DNA from: an uncultured bacterium
Lineage (GTDB): Bacteria > Patescibacteriota > Minisyncoccia > UBA6257 > GWB1-50-10
Direction: 5' to 3'
NCBI GenBank assembly: GCA_963713955.1
Contig: OY970216.1
Location: 136,075 to 200,074 of the forward strand
DNA length: 64,000 nucleotides
The translations under genes were made by a program, and so were the position numbers. Position 1 is the stretch's first letter. Each line of letters begins with the position of its first letter. Of this stretch, positions 30,036 through 40,486 are shown one piece after another. The notes beneath the pieces are model-generated. The model saw only the letters and a list, made by a program, of their open reading frames with translations. It made no database searches and was not told where the DNA came from.

Positions 30036-30468
30036 TTTCTTGGTTTTGGTGCGGTTCAACTTCGGCATCGTGATCGTAAGGACCCCGTTCTTGAGGGAAG
30101 CGGTTGAATCGTCGGGATCGACTTCCTGGGGAAGGATGATCGAACGCGAAAAAGTTCCCCAGAAAAGTTCCTGGTAGAAATAGTTTTTTTCCTCCACCTT
30201 TTCGGATTTTTTCCGATCCCCCTTTATGGTAACCGATTCGCGGGTTATGTTTATCTCGAGCTCGTCGTCGCCCACGCCGGCAACGGTTGATTGGACCACA
30301 ATGTTGTCTCCGGCGTCGTAGACGTCGACGGTAAGCGTTCCTTCCTCGTCATCACTTGGGGCTAATTTCCTCTTCGGTTCTTTCTCTTCTTCGTCAATTT
30401 TCAAAGGAGCCGGTTCGCTCTTCACTTTGGCGAGTTCCACGAAAATGTCATTTTTATCTTCGTCCATG
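30012..30468 (-). CDS. Hsp20/alpha-crystallin small heat-shock protein
   Basis: alpha-crystallin domain (VDVYD..D..VV....GV..D...I......L.I.G, ..F.R...LP..VD.....A...NGVL.I..PK); start taken at MDEDKN. Confidence 0.8.
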
Positions 30469-30508
30469 GATTCATTATAACACAACAAGTAGCGATGCGA
30501 TACTTTCG

Positions 30509-31195
30509 TTACTTCTTTATTTTTTCGAAATCTGTGAGCACCCAAAGCGCTATCAAAATGAGAAAGAACGTTGGATAGAATACGTCGCTCGATTGGAATT
30601 TGACCACGAAGAAGTTGAAGAGCGCATGGACGGCGGAAGCCAGAAGGAGGCCGGTGAGGAGGGCATTCCTCGATTTTTTGAAATGATCCAGCGCCCAGTA
30701 GTAGCCGACGATTCCGGAAGCAAGCGCGTGGAGGAGCGTCGCCCCGATGAATCTGAGTCCGACGGAGTTCAGGGTCGTGAGAATGTTCGCAAGGTTCGCG
30801 ACGTCCAATCCACCCTTCACGATGAAGAAATTTTCCACCGTCGCGAAGCCCAGGGAAACAGTGATCATGTAAACCATGGCGTCGACGCCCTCGTCGAAGT
30901 ACTTGCTCTTTTCGTTCACAAGGTACGCGGCGACGAATTTGAAAATTTCCTCGATGACGGCGATGCCCACGATGAAGAGAAGAAGGCTATGGAACGGGGA
31001 GACGGCAAACTTCTGGAACAAGAGTTCGAGAGAAAGGACCGGTATGCTCGACACAATGCCGGCGAAAAACGTCAAGGCCAGCATCTTCTTCGGTTCCGGA
31101 TGCAGATCCTCTTTCAGGAAGAAGAAGAGCCACGCAATGGCCGGCAAGCCAGCGAGGACGATGACGATGGCCGTATTGAGCAAGTAATTCACCAT
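30509..31195 (-). CDS. PrsW-family intramembrane metalloprotease
   Basis: EEIFK, FATVENF, LHALASG motifs on multi-TM scaffold. Confidence 0.6.
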   Translation of the reverse strand: MVNYLLNTAIVIVLAGLPAIAWLFFFLKEDLHPEPKKMLALTFFAGIVSSIPVLSLELLFQKFAVSPFHSLLLFIVGIAVIEEIFKFVAAYLVNEKSKYFDEGVDAMVYMITVSLGFATVENFFIVKGGLDVANLANILTTLNSVGLRFIGATLLHALASGIVGYYWALDHFKKSRNALLTGLLLASAVHALFNFFVVKFQSSDVFYPTFFLILIALWVLTDFEKIKK

Positions 31196-33435
31196 TTGGC
31201 GATCATGAGAAAATCGCTCTCCTTGTTTTCCATGTTCTGATATATTTCTTCAGTCACGAAAGGCATAAAGGGATGAAGCATCTTGAGCGATTCAGTGAGA
31301 GTGAAGTTGAGAACGGTTTGAGTTGCCTCTTTCGTTTTCTCTTCAACGAGTTGTTTTTTTGATCTCTCGAGGTATTTGTCGCAGAAATCGTGCCAGAAAA
31401 AGTCGTAGAGATTCTGGAGTGCTTTTGCAAACTCGAATTTTTCTACGTATTCTTCGGTTTCTTTCTTGGTTTTTGCGAGTTTGGCAAGTAAGGTTTTATC
31501 CGCGACAGTTTTCGGTTTAAGCTTGTCCTCCTTCGCCGAGGCTACGGAGGACGGCTCGTTTTGTTTTACAAAACGAGCCGCATTCCAGATTTTGTTGCAA
31601 AACTTCCCTCCAGCCGTAACAGCCGCCTCATCCCAGCGGATGTCTTGGCCGGAAGACTGCCATATAACCGCGAATCTCACCGCATCCGCGCCATATTGAT
31701 CTACGTACTTCAAGGGGTCTATCCCGGTTCCCAATGACTTCGACATGCGTTTCCCCTCTTTGGTGAGGATCGTTCCGTGGATGAGGACATTTTTGAACGG
31801 AACTTTCCCTGTGAATTCAATGCCGGAGAAAATCATGCGGGCGTCCCAGAGGTTCAAGATCTCCCGCGCGTTGGAAACGAAATCACCCGGGTAATACTTC
31901 TTGCGGTCGGATTCGGAAAGGCCGGCGAATGGCCACAACGCCGAAGAGAACCACGTGTCCAACACGTCGGGATCCTGAATCAGATCCGGCCTCCCGCAAG
32001 AAGGACAAGTTTTTGGCGGCCTGTCTCCGACGAACGCTGGTTTCGATACAAAGTTTAATGCCTCTCTCCAATCTCTTGGTGAATTCATCTTCTCTCTCGA
32101 TAATTTCCCTTCTTTTACAACTTCCTCTAAACAGTACCACGCAGGGATCTTGTGCCCCCACCAGATTTGCCTTGAAATTGTCCAGTCGCGGATGTTTTTG
32201 AGCCAATCAAAGTAAATCTTCCGGAAATTTTTCGGCTGAATCGTAACTTTTCCGTCCCTGACTACTTTCAGGGCTTTCCCCGCGAGCGTTTTCATTTTAA
32301 GAAACCACTGCGTTGAGGGAATCGGCTCGATTGCATGCCCGCAGCGGTAGCAGATCGAGAGATTATGCGTGTAAGGCTCTTCTTTTTCGAGGAGCCCCAC
32401 CGCTTTCAGATCTTCGACGATTTTCTTCCGCGCCTCTTCCGTTTTCATTCCCGCATATTTCCCGGCTCTTTCGTTCATCCGGCCCCGGTCGTCGATCACC
32501 TGGACGAGCGGGAGATTGTGCCGCTGGCCTATCTCGAAATCGACGAGATCGTGCGCCGGCGTCACTTTCACGACGCCAGTGCCGAATTTCATGTCGACGG
32601 CGTCATCCGCGACGACGGTGACCTTGCTTTTCTTTTTCGCCGGGACATCGAGCGGCCCTTCGGTTGAAAGTGACTCGATTTCAATCTCTTTTCCGACGTA
32701 CTGCCGGTACCGTTTGTCCCGGGGATTTACGGCGAGACCCGTGTCTCCGAACTTCGTCTCGGGACGCGTCGTCGCGAGCGTGAAAGGGCCGTACTTGATG
32801 TAGTAAAGCGCCGCGGCTTCGTCCCGGTATTCGAGTTCGAGTTCTGAAAGGCTCGTTCCGCACCGAGGGCACCAATTGACCGTCCGGGCCCCGCGGTAGA
32901 GGAGACCTTTTTCGTAGTAGTGGAGGAACGCTTTTTTCACGTCTTCCGCGTAGGCGTCGTCCATCGTGAACCTAAGGCGTGACCAGTCGGCAGAGACACC
33001 GAGCTTTTTCAGCTGTTCATAGATGCGATTGCCGTACTCGTTTTTCCACTCCCATACTCTCTTTACGAACTCTTCGCGGCCGAGTTCGAAGCGGCTTTTT
33101 CCTTCTTTCTTCAATTGTTTCTCGACGATGTATTGCGTCGCGATGCCGGCGTGGTCGGTTCCCGGAAGCCAGAGCGTCCGGAGGCCTTTCATGCGGTAAT
33201 AACGGATGAGAATGTCGGGTCCCGTGTTATCCAGCGCGTGCCCCATGTGAAGCGTCCCCGTCACGTTGGGAAGAGGCATATACACTACGTAATTTCGAAT
33301 TTTTAATTTCGAACTTCGATTAACGGGCAGATTGTCCGGGTTGAAGTAGCCGGAATCGAGCCACGTCTTGTAGATCCTGGATTCGGTTTCCTTCGGTTCG
33401 TACGGTTTCGAGAAATCAGCGTTCATTTCCACCAT
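31189..33435 (-). CDS. valS: valine--tRNA ligase (short form without C-terminal coiled coil)
   Basis: PNVTGTLHMGHAL, GTDHAGIATQ, KMSKSLG; 748 aa. Confidence 0.9.
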   Translation of the reverse strand: MVEMNADFSKPYEPKETESRIYKTWLDSGYFNPDNLPVNRSSKLKIRNYVVYMPLPNVTGTLHMGHALDNTGPDILIRYYRMKGLRTLWLPGTDHAGIATQYIVEKQLKKEGKSRFELGREEFVKRVWEWKNEYGNRIYEQLKKLGVSADWSRLRFTMDDAYAEDVKKAFLHYYEKGLLYRGARTVNWCPRCGTSLSELELEYRDEAAALYYIKYGPFTLATTRPETKFGDTGLAVNPRDKRYRQYVGKEIEIESLSTEGPLDVPAKKKSKVTVVADDAVDMKFGTGVVKVTPAHDLVDFEIGQRHNLPLVQVIDDRGRMNERAGKYAGMKTEEARKKIVEDLKAVGLLEKEEPYTHNLSICYRCGHAIEPIPSTQWFLKMKTLAGKALKVVRDGKVTIQPKNFRKIYFDWLKNIRDWTISRQIWWGHKIPAWYCLEEVVKEGKLSREKMNSPRDWREALNFVSKPAFVGDRPPKTCPSCGRPDLIQDPDVLDTWFSSALWPFAGLSESDRKKYYPGDFVSNAREILNLWDARMIFSGIEFTGKVPFKNVLIHGTILTKEGKRMSKSLGTGIDPLKYVDQYGADAVRFAVIWQSSGQDIRWDEAAVTAGGKFCNKIWNAARFVKQNEPSSVASAKEDKLKPKTVADKTLLAKLAKTKKETEEYVEKFEFAKALQNLYDFFWHDFCDKYLERSKKQLVEEKTKEATQTVLNFTLTESLKMLHPFMPFVTEEIYQNMENKESDFLMIAKW

Positions 33436-33474
33436 TATCGCCGATTTTTAAGGCAAAATAAAGAGTTTCTGGGT

Positions 33475-34554
33475 TTACAAACTTAAGTTTGCCTGAGCAG
33501 TGATTCTTCTGTTTTTTTTCTTAAGCACTTGGATATAGGCGGCCACGGTGATCATCGCGGCGTTGTCGGTGTTAAATTCCATGGGCGGAGCAAAAAAATG
33601 AACGCCCAGTTTCTTGCTCTCGTTGGCCAACATTTTTCTCAGAAGTTTGTTTGCCGCGACGCCGCCAGCGAGAATAACTGACCTGGCTTTAAACTCTCTT
33701 GCGGCGCGCATGGTTTTCGCGGCCAGGACATCCACGGCGGCCTTCTGAAAGCTTGCCGCTACATCGTTGGTGAATTTCGAATTATGAATTTCGAATTTCG
33801 AATCGCGCAGGTAGTAAAGCACTGACGTTTTGAGACCCGAGAAGCTGAAATCGTAATTTTTTTCTTTCATCATCGGCCGGGGGAAATTGATCGCCTCCGG
33901 GTTACCTGAGATGGCGGCTCTCTGGATTTCGGGGCCGCCGGGATACGGGAGCCCCAGCATCCGCGCCACTTTGTCGAACGCTTCGCCGACGGCGTCATCT
34001 CGCGTTTCTCCAAGCTTCTTCCATCGCGTCAGCGACTTGAGAAGGAGCAGGATTGTGTGCCCGCCGCTCACCACCAATCCAACTGCCGGATACATTTTGG
34101 AATTTGAAATTTGCTTGCCCTCCGAAGCTTTAGCGAAGGAGGGGGATTTAGAATTTGCAGTTTTCTGCGTTAACAGAAAACTGTATAGGTGTCCTTCCAT
34201 GTGGTTTACGCCGATAAGCTTCGCTTTTGGGAAATATTTTTCGTGGATCTCTTTGGCAAAGTTGACGCCGGTCCACAAGGCGGGTTCCAAACCCGGGCCA
34301 ACGGTGACGGCAACGGCGTCAGGGGATAGGGAATAGGGTTTAGGGAATAGGGTGCTAAAAATCAAAGGCAAATTCTTAAGGTGTTCGCGCTTCGCGATGT
34401 TCGGGACGACGCCGCCGAAGGGTGCGTGGAGCGCCACCTGTGAGGAAACGATGTTTTTCAAAACCTTGAATCGCGGTGTTTTGAGACCGCCACTTGCCTC
34501 CACCATGGCAATCGCCGTCTCGTCACAACTTGTTTCTATGGATAAAATTTTCAT
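33475..34554 (-). CDS. tsaD: tRNA N6-adenosine threonylcarbamoyltransferase
   Basis: MKILSIETSCDETAIAMV, HMEGH, Kae1/TsaD fold. Confidence 0.9.
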   Translation of the reverse strand: MKILSIETSCDETAIAMVEASGGLKTPRFKVLKNIVSSQVALHAPFGGVVPNIAKREHLKNLPLIFSTLFPKPYSLSPDAVAVTVGPGLEPALWTGVNFAKEIHEKYFPKAKLIGVNHMEGHLYSFLLTQKTANSKSPSFAKASEGKQISNSKMYPAVGLVVSGGHTILLLLKSLTRWKKLGETRDDAVGEAFDKVARMLGLPYPGGPEIQRAAISGNPEAINFPRPMMKEKNYDFSFSGLKTSVLYYLRDSKFEIHNSKFTNDVAASFQKAAVDVLAAKTMRAAREFKARSVILAGGVAANKLLRKMLANESKKLGVHFFAPPMEFNTDNAAMITVAAYIQVLKKKNRRITAQANLSL

Positions 34555-34764
34555 CGGATTATTGTTGTTCTTGCCCCGTCACCAAAGAAGTGCCCTTTCG
34601 CACTTCGGCGGTAGCCGCAAAGCGTAGCACTTCTTTTGGTGCGGGGTCGTCGCACGATGTTTCAATGGAGAGAATCAACATGTATATAGTAAGGTATCAA
34701 CTAACTGGTAATCAGTAAATAGTACGATTATAATATTCGGAAAGGTCGTCTGATTACCAAATAT

Positions 34765-35169
34765 ATGATCCAACTATTCTTAGTTTTCAGCGACTGGGGG
34801 ATACTCATCCTCCGAGTCGTCGTGGGACTCATCTTTGTGGGACACGGCTGGCCCAAGATTAAGGATTTGAAAACAACCGCCTCAAATTTCGAAGGCATGG
34901 GCTTCAAGCCGGGTAAACTGTGGGGAACCCTCGTCGCGCTCCTCGAGTTTTTGGGAGGAATAGCACTTATCGTGGGTTTCTTCACCCAGATTGTGGCGCT
35001 CTTGTTCGCCATTGAATTCGCCGTGATTCTCTTGACCGTGAAACGGAAGAGCGGCTTTGTCGGTGGCTATGAATTTGAACTCCTTCTATTCGCGGCCGTT
35101 TTACTTCTCACTCTCATTGGCGGCGGTGCCTGGAGCGTGGACAACGCGCTCGGCTTCTTACTGTTTTAA
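34765..35169 (+). CDS. DoxX-family membrane protein
   Basis: RVVVGLIFVGHGWPK, LEFLGGIALIVG typical DoxX helices. Confidence 0.75.
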   Translation: MIQLFLVFSDWGILILRVVVGLIFVGHGWPKIKDLKTTASNFEGMGFKPGKLWGTLVALLEFLGGIALIVGFFTQIVALLFAIEFAVILLTVKRKSGFVGGYEFELLLFAAVLLLTLIGGGAWSVDNALGFLLF

Positions 35170-35174
35170 TTTCG

Positions 35175-36647
35175 ATGAGAGTTTATGAATTGATCCCGGG
35201 CTTGGCTGCCTGGATTACCCTCGGGGGCCTGGTCTTTTTGTCGTGGCAGCTGCCGCAGGTGGTTGTCATTTTCATCCTGCTCTACGATCTCTATTGGCTT
35301 CTGAAGCTTTTTTACCTTTTTTTGCATCTTCGCTTCGCTTTTTCCACGATGAGAAAAAATTTACGCATCGACTGGCTCGGCATCTTGAAGAGGGAAAAGG
35401 CGGATTGGGAGAAAATATACCATCTCGTCGTACTGCCGATGTATCAAGAGCCGTACGGTGTCGTGGAGCGGGGTTTTCTGAGTCTCACGATGTCGAATTA
35501 TCCCAAAGAGAAACTTATCGTGGTGCTCGCCTCTGAAGAAAGAGGTGGGGAAATTGATGCGGAAACCGCCCGCCGGATAGAGAAAAAGTTCGGCACTTCG
35601 TTCGGCGGGTTCCTCTCGACGTTTCATCCCACCGACATTCCGGGGGAATTACCGGGGAAGGGATCCAACGAGGCGTGGGCCGCAAGACTCGCCGTCTCAG
35701 ACATCATCGACAAAAGGGGCATAAAATATGAGAACGTCCTGGTCTCGGTTTTTGACATCGATACAAGGACAGGCCCTGATTACTTCGGTGTCCTCTCTCA
35801 CTCGTTCTTAAAAGCCCGGCATCCGCTCCGTTCAAGTTACCAACCCATACCTCTTTTTACCAACAACCTCAGCAAGTCGAAGTTTTTCGCGCGGTTAGTG
35901 GGTTTCTCATCAAGTTTTTGGCACCTCATGCAATCATCCCGCCCTGAACAACTCGTCACTTTTTCATCCCACAGCCTGCCGCTCAAAGCCCTCGTGGAGG
36001 TTGGTTTCTGGGAAACCAACCTCGTGTCAGAGGACGCGCGGATATTCTTTCAGTGCCTCGCGCACTATAGGGGAGACTGGCGCACCGTTCCCCTGCTCTA
36101 CCCGGTTTACATGGATTCGGTCGTCGGGAGGAACTTTTTTGAAGCTATGAAAAATTTATATAAGCAGCAGCGGAGGTGGGCTTGGGGGGTGGAAAACTTC
36201 GTGTATGCCGCGAGAGACTTTAGGAAAGCGAAGGACATGCCCGGGAGAATTAAGAGATTCTGGATGTGGACTCAATTCGACGGGTTTTATTCTTGGTCAA
36301 CAAGCTCTTTTATCATTTTTCTCTTTGGCGTTCTCCCCAACGTCTTGGGCAATGAGAATTTCAAAAGTTCCCTTTTATCTTACAACTTGCCGCGGATAAC
36401 CGGCGTGATCTTGAATTTGAGCACGGTGGGCATCATCGTTTCGGCGATCTTGAGCATTATACTCATGGCTCCAAAAATGGAGGGTTTCAAGAAGAGATAT
36501 TACGTTTACTATCTCTTGGAATGGATTCTCATGCCGCTCGTCTTCATATTCTTCGGGTCGGTTCCGGCGCTCGATGCTCAGACGAGGCTCATGCTGGGAG
36601 GCAAGGCCCGCCTCGGGTACTGGAGAACCCCGAAGGCAACAAAATGA
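35175..36647 (+). CDS. processive family-2 glycosyltransferase (cellulose/chitin-synthase-like) with N- and C-terminal TM helices
   Basis: DID (FDIDTR), QQRRW (QxxRW) motifs, internal and terminal TM helices. Confidence 0.65.
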   Translation: MRVYELIPGLAAWITLGGLVFLSWQLPQVVVIFILLYDLYWLLKLFYLFLHLRFAFSTMRKNLRIDWLGILKREKADWEKIYHLVVLPMYQEPYGVVERGFLSLTMSNYPKEKLIVVLASEERGGEIDAETARRIEKKFGTSFGGFLSTFHPTDIPGELPGKGSNEAWAARLAVSDIIDKRGIKYENVLVSVFDIDTRTGPDYFGVLSHSFLKARHPLRSSYQPIPLFTNNLSKSKFFARLVGFSSSFWHLMQSSRPEQLVTFSSHSLPLKALVEVGFWETNLVSEDARIFFQCLAHYRGDWRTVPLLYPVYMDSVVGRNFFEAMKNLYKQQRRWAWGVENFVYAARDFRKAKDMPGRIKRFWMWTQFDGFYSWSTSSFIIFLFGVLPNVLGNENFKSSLLSYNLPRITGVILNLSTVGIIVSAILSIILMAPKMEGFKKRYYVYYLLEWILMPLVFIFFGSVPALDAQTRLMLGGKARLGYWRTPKATK

Positions 36648-36648
36648 C

Positions 36649-37182
36649 ATGTCTGAATACATAACGCGAGCAATTGTTTTGGGGTTCAAGGAAACCAAAG
36701 AGCACGACAAGATTTTTGATTTGTATACGGAGCATTTCGGAAGAATACGGGTCAAGTCGCCGGGCGGGAAGAAGATCCTATCCAAACTTTCTCCGCACCT
36801 CGACGTCGCGAACCTCGCGACGGTGAAGATTGTCGAGAAAAACAACCTGACGCTTGTTGATGCCCTCCTTGAGGATAATTTCGGGGGTGCGGGGGAGCCC
36901 TCCTTTTTCGTTCGGATGTTGGAACTCTTGAGTGTGGTGAAAAAAATGTCACCCGAAGCCGTCCCCGACCCGGAGCTCTGGACGTTCACCCTTGATTCCT
37001 TGAGGAGGAAGAAAGCGGACATCGAGAAACTTCTCGCCGTTTTGGGGTATAATCCTAGGAATGCTTCTTGTGGATCGTGCGCCTCGCGCGACGTCTCGGT
37101 TTTCGACGAGGGAAGCCAAACTTTTTTTTGCGGTTCCTGTGCCTCGAAGATGGAGAAAGATAATCTCGTGCATTTGAAATAG
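36649..37182 (+). CDS. recO: DNA repair protein RecO
   Basis: OB-fold N-terminus and C-terminal CGSC...CGSC zinc motif; start at MSEYIT immediately after GT2 stop. Confidence 0.75.
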   Translation: MSEYITRAIVLGFKETKEHDKIFDLYTEHFGRIRVKSPGGKKILSKLSPHLDVANLATVKIVEKNNLTLVDALLEDNFGGAGEPSFFVRMLELLSVVKKMSPEAVPDPELWTFTLDSLRRKKADIEKLLAVLGYNPRNASCGSCASRDVSVFDEGSQTFFCGSCASKMEKDNLVHLK

Positions 37183-37184
37183 CC

Positions 37185-38978
37185 ATGCCTCTTTCTGACA
37201 TAGAAAAAAGACTGAAGGAGCACCGGAAGAAATCCATGAGCCATTTAATCCCCGGATGGCTCCGGAAGGTGCTGTGGAGCGGCATCTTTATCGGTCTTGC
37301 GGTCATTATAGCCGGCGTATCTTTCATTGTTTACTACCTCAATCAACCTAAGGGTGTCGACCTCGAAATCTCTGCGCCGGCCGACGTTTCGAGGGGAGTT
37401 CCCTTTGAACTCAACGTTGACGTTACCAATCTCTCGGGGATTCCGGTCGGCAATGCCGTGATCAACATAACGCTGCCGACCGACCTTCTCCTTTGGGGGC
37501 CCGGAATGAACGGAACTATTTATTCGGAAAATGTGGGCGATTTGGGGGTGGGGAGTCTTTACCGAAAGACCTATAAAGTCATAGCTGTCGGGGACTTGAA
37601 TTCCAGCGAGACTCTCAACGTTTCCGTTTCTTACGTAAACCAAAGTGGCGCTCGGTTCGAGATTAAGAATAAGGCGAGCGTCGTGATTTCGAACGAAGCT
37701 TTGAATCTAAGCATCTCGAAGCCGGACCAAGTGTTCAACGGCTCCCTTTTTTCCTTCAGCGTCAACTATGCCAACAATTCGGATTTCGATTTCCCGAACA
37801 TGGTCCTCCAAGCGGATTTCCCGGATTCGTTCACGTTCGACTCATCTTCCCTCCCGCCCTCCTCCCTTTCGAACACTTGGCAGCTGGGCTCGGCGCTCGC
37901 TAATTCGACCGGTACCCTTTCCGTGAGGGGGGAATTCTCCGGGTCTGATTCGTCGTCTTTCGACATACCCCTGAAACTCTACGCCGTTTTGAACGGCAAG
38001 AACTACGAAGTCGCCGACTATGATGCTTCTTTTTCCCTCTCACCCTCGCCCGTAGGGATAAGCGTTTTCGTGAACGGTTCGAGTAACTATGTCGCAAAGC
38101 CGATCGATACGCTCAACTACTCCGTGGCATACAGCAACATGAGCGGCATAGCCCTTAAAGACGTTACCGTGAAGGCGGTCTTGAGCGGTTTCGCCGATTG
38201 GTCTTCGGTAAAGACCGACGGCATTTTCAATCCAGCTTCCAAGGCGGTGATTTGGAATTCCTCGACGACGCCGGCTCTCGCGTTCGTCACACCGGGTTCG
38301 ACCGGCAACGTAACCCTGAGCTTGTCCGTTAATTCCAAAGCCCCGTCGTCGCTCCAGGATCTCTCAAATAAGAATCTGTACATTAAAATTGACGCTTCAA
38401 TATCGTCGCCTTCTGTTCCGTACTATGTTTCGGGCGGCAAAACCTTCGCCGAGGCATCCCAAGAAACCAGGATCGCGAGCCTCGTTTACCTTGATGCGAA
38501 AGCGTTTTTCAGGGATACCTCGGGGCTCGCGGCAAATGCCGGGAGCTTCCCGCCGAAAGTCGGCGTGCCGACGGATTACACCGTCCATTGGGTCGTAAGC
38601 AATTTCGGGAATGATTTGAGCGACGTTAAAGTATCCGCCGTGTTGCCGTCGGGGGTGAAATTCACGGGAGTCTCGAAAACCAACGTTGCATCTTCCTCGC
38701 TCGCCTTCGATCCGTCGACCGGGGGCGTTGTATGGAATATCGGCGCCGTCGTCGCGAATGGCGGCTATTTGACCGGCTCGCTCGAGGGGATCTTTCAAAT
38801 TGAAGCGACGCCTGATGCAAGTTCGGTCGGCTCTTACGAGACAATTCTCGGGATGACGAATCTCGAGGCTACCGACGACTTTACTGGTTCGAAAGTAGCG
38901 ATATCCAGTCCGCCGCTCACGACGCTTCTCCCCGCCGATGCGACGGTTGCGCCCGGGAGCGGGGTCGTGAGGCAGTAA
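37185..38978 (+). CDS. membrane-anchored cell-surface protein with DUF11/TIGR01451-type conserved repeat domains
   Basis: N-terminal TM; repeats such as TDYTVHWVVSNFGNDLSDVKVSAVLPSGVKF match the ...V.N.GN..A.NV.V.D.LP.G pattern. Confidence 0.5.
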   Translation: MPLSDIEKRLKEHRKKSMSHLIPGWLRKVLWSGIFIGLAVIIAGVSFIVYYLNQPKGVDLEISAPADVSRGVPFELNVDVTNLSGIPVGNAVINITLPTDLLLWGPGMNGTIYSENVGDLGVGSLYRKTYKVIAVGDLNSSETLNVSVSYVNQSGARFEIKNKASVVISNEALNLSISKPDQVFNGSLFSFSVNYANNSDFDFPNMVLQADFPDSFTFDSSSLPPSSLSNTWQLGSALANSTGTLSVRGEFSGSDSSSFDIPLKLYAVLNGKNYEVADYDASFSLSPSPVGISVFVNGSSNYVAKPIDTLNYSVAYSNMSGIALKDVTVKAVLSGFADWSSVKTDGIFNPASKAVIWNSSTTPALAFVTPGSTGNVTLSLSVNSKAPSSLQDLSNKNLYIKIDASISSPSVPYYVSGGKTFAEASQETRIASLVYLDAKAFFRDTSGLAANAGSFPPKVGVPTDYTVHWVVSNFGNDLSDVKVSAVLPSGVKFTGVSKTNVASSSLAFDPSTGGVVWNIGAVVANGGYLTGSLEGIFQIEATPDASSVGSYETILGMTNLEATDDFTGSKVAISSPPLTTLLPADATVAPGSGVVRQ

Positions 38979-39043
38979 ATTTTCGTGCTCGGTTTGCTTT
39001 AAAGTAATTGGCGGAATGATTTTTTTAATTTACAATTGAGTCA

Positions 39044-40378
39044 ATGGGTATTTGGGAGAAGGTAGCGAGTTTAGCGAAGAGACGCGGGTTCATTTACCCC
39101 GGCTCTGAGATCTATGGCGGCCTCGCGGGCACCTGGGACTACGGCCCCCTGGGCGCGGAGCTTAAGCGCAACATCAAGAGCGAGTTCTGGAGGAGCATGG
39201 TTCAGGAACGAGGCGACATCGTGGGCCTGGACGCTGCGATCATCATGAATCCGAAGGTCTGGGAAGCATCGGGGCATCTCGAATCGTTTTCCGATCCGCT
39301 CGTGGAATGCAAAAAGTGCCACAGCCGATTTCGTGCAGACGAAATCGGAATTCCTAATGACGAATTTCTAATTTCTAAAAACATTAAATGCCCGCAGTGT
39401 GGCGCGAGCGATTGGACGAAGCCAAAGAAGTTCAATTTAATGGTCGAGACATACTTGGGTGTTATCGAGGGGGAAAAACAAAAGACGTATCTCCGAGGCG
39501 AGATCACGCAGGGCGTGCATGTAAATTTCAAAAATATTTTAAGCTCCACGCGAGTTAAGATTCCCTTCGGTGTTGCTCAGATAGGAAAAGCCTTCAGGAA
39601 CGAAATAACTCCCGGCGGTTTCACGTTCCGTTCCCGGGAGTTCGAGCAGATGGAGCTTCAATACTATGTGAAGCCAGATATAAAGGAATCCATGAAGCAG
39701 TTTGAGTACTGGAAGAAAAAAAGGATGGATTGGTACGTTTCGCTCGGAATGAGAAAAGAAAGTCTGAGATTCAAGGAGCACGCCAAGGGTGAGCTCGCGC
39801 ACTATGCAAGGGCTGCTTTCGACATAGAGTACAACGCCGAAGGCGAGTGGAAGGAAATGGAAGGTGTTCATCATCGAGGCGACTGGGACCTGCGGCGTCA
39901 TCAGGAATTTTCGGGGCAGGACTTGACCTATTTCGATGAAGAGACGAAGGAAAAGTATTTGCCTTACATTGTAGAAACTTCCGGCGGCGTCGATCGTGCA
40001 GCTCTTTTCTTTTTAATGGACGCGTACGAGGAGGAGAAGGTGAACGGCGAAGAAAGAGTTGTGTTGAAACTCCACCCTAAACTCGCTCCTTATAAGGTCG
40101 CGGTGTTCCCGCTCTTAGCCAACAAGCCGCAGCTGGTTGAAGCGGCCAGGAAAATTTACGACGATCTGAAAAAAGATTTCATGGTTGCCTGGGATGATCG
40201 CGGCAACATCGGCAAGCGCTACCGCGCCCAGGACGAAGCCGGAACGCCATGGTGCGTCACGGTGGACTTCGATTCACTGGGGAATGACGACGTTACGGTG
40301 CGGGATCGGGATACCATGAAGCAGGAAAGGGTCAAAATAGGGGGCTTGACTGATTACCTAAAGAGTTGTATCGTCTAG
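39044..40378 (+). CDS. glyQS: glycine--tRNA ligase (alpha2 dimeric type)
   Basis: Class II motifs, GIWEKVASLAKRRGFIYPGSEIYGG, C-terminal anticodon-binding domain. Confidence 0.9.
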   Translation: MGIWEKVASLAKRRGFIYPGSEIYGGLAGTWDYGPLGAELKRNIKSEFWRSMVQERGDIVGLDAAIIMNPKVWEASGHLESFSDPLVECKKCHSRFRADEIGIPNDEFLISKNIKCPQCGASDWTKPKKFNLMVETYLGVIEGEKQKTYLRGEITQGVHVNFKNILSSTRVKIPFGVAQIGKAFRNEITPGGFTFRSREFEQMELQYYVKPDIKESMKQFEYWKKKRMDWYVSLGMRKESLRFKEHAKGELAHYARAAFDIEYNAEGEWKEMEGVHHRGDWDLRRHQEFSGQDLTYFDEETKEKYLPYIVETSGGVDRAALFFLMDAYEEEKVNGEERVVLKLHPKLAPYKVAVFPLLANKPQLVEAARKIYDDLKKDFMVAWDDRGNIGKRYRAQDEAGTPWCVTVDFDSLGNDDVTVRDRDTMKQERVKIGGLTDYLKSCIV

Positions 40379-40486
40379 AAGTTGATTGTGATATAATTTG
40401 TTCAATGAGAAGGGGGATTAATTTTGCATTAAACACTCATCTTGTTTTCAGCCATCTTTGGTCGGGATGGCTTCGTTCGTTTTAAA

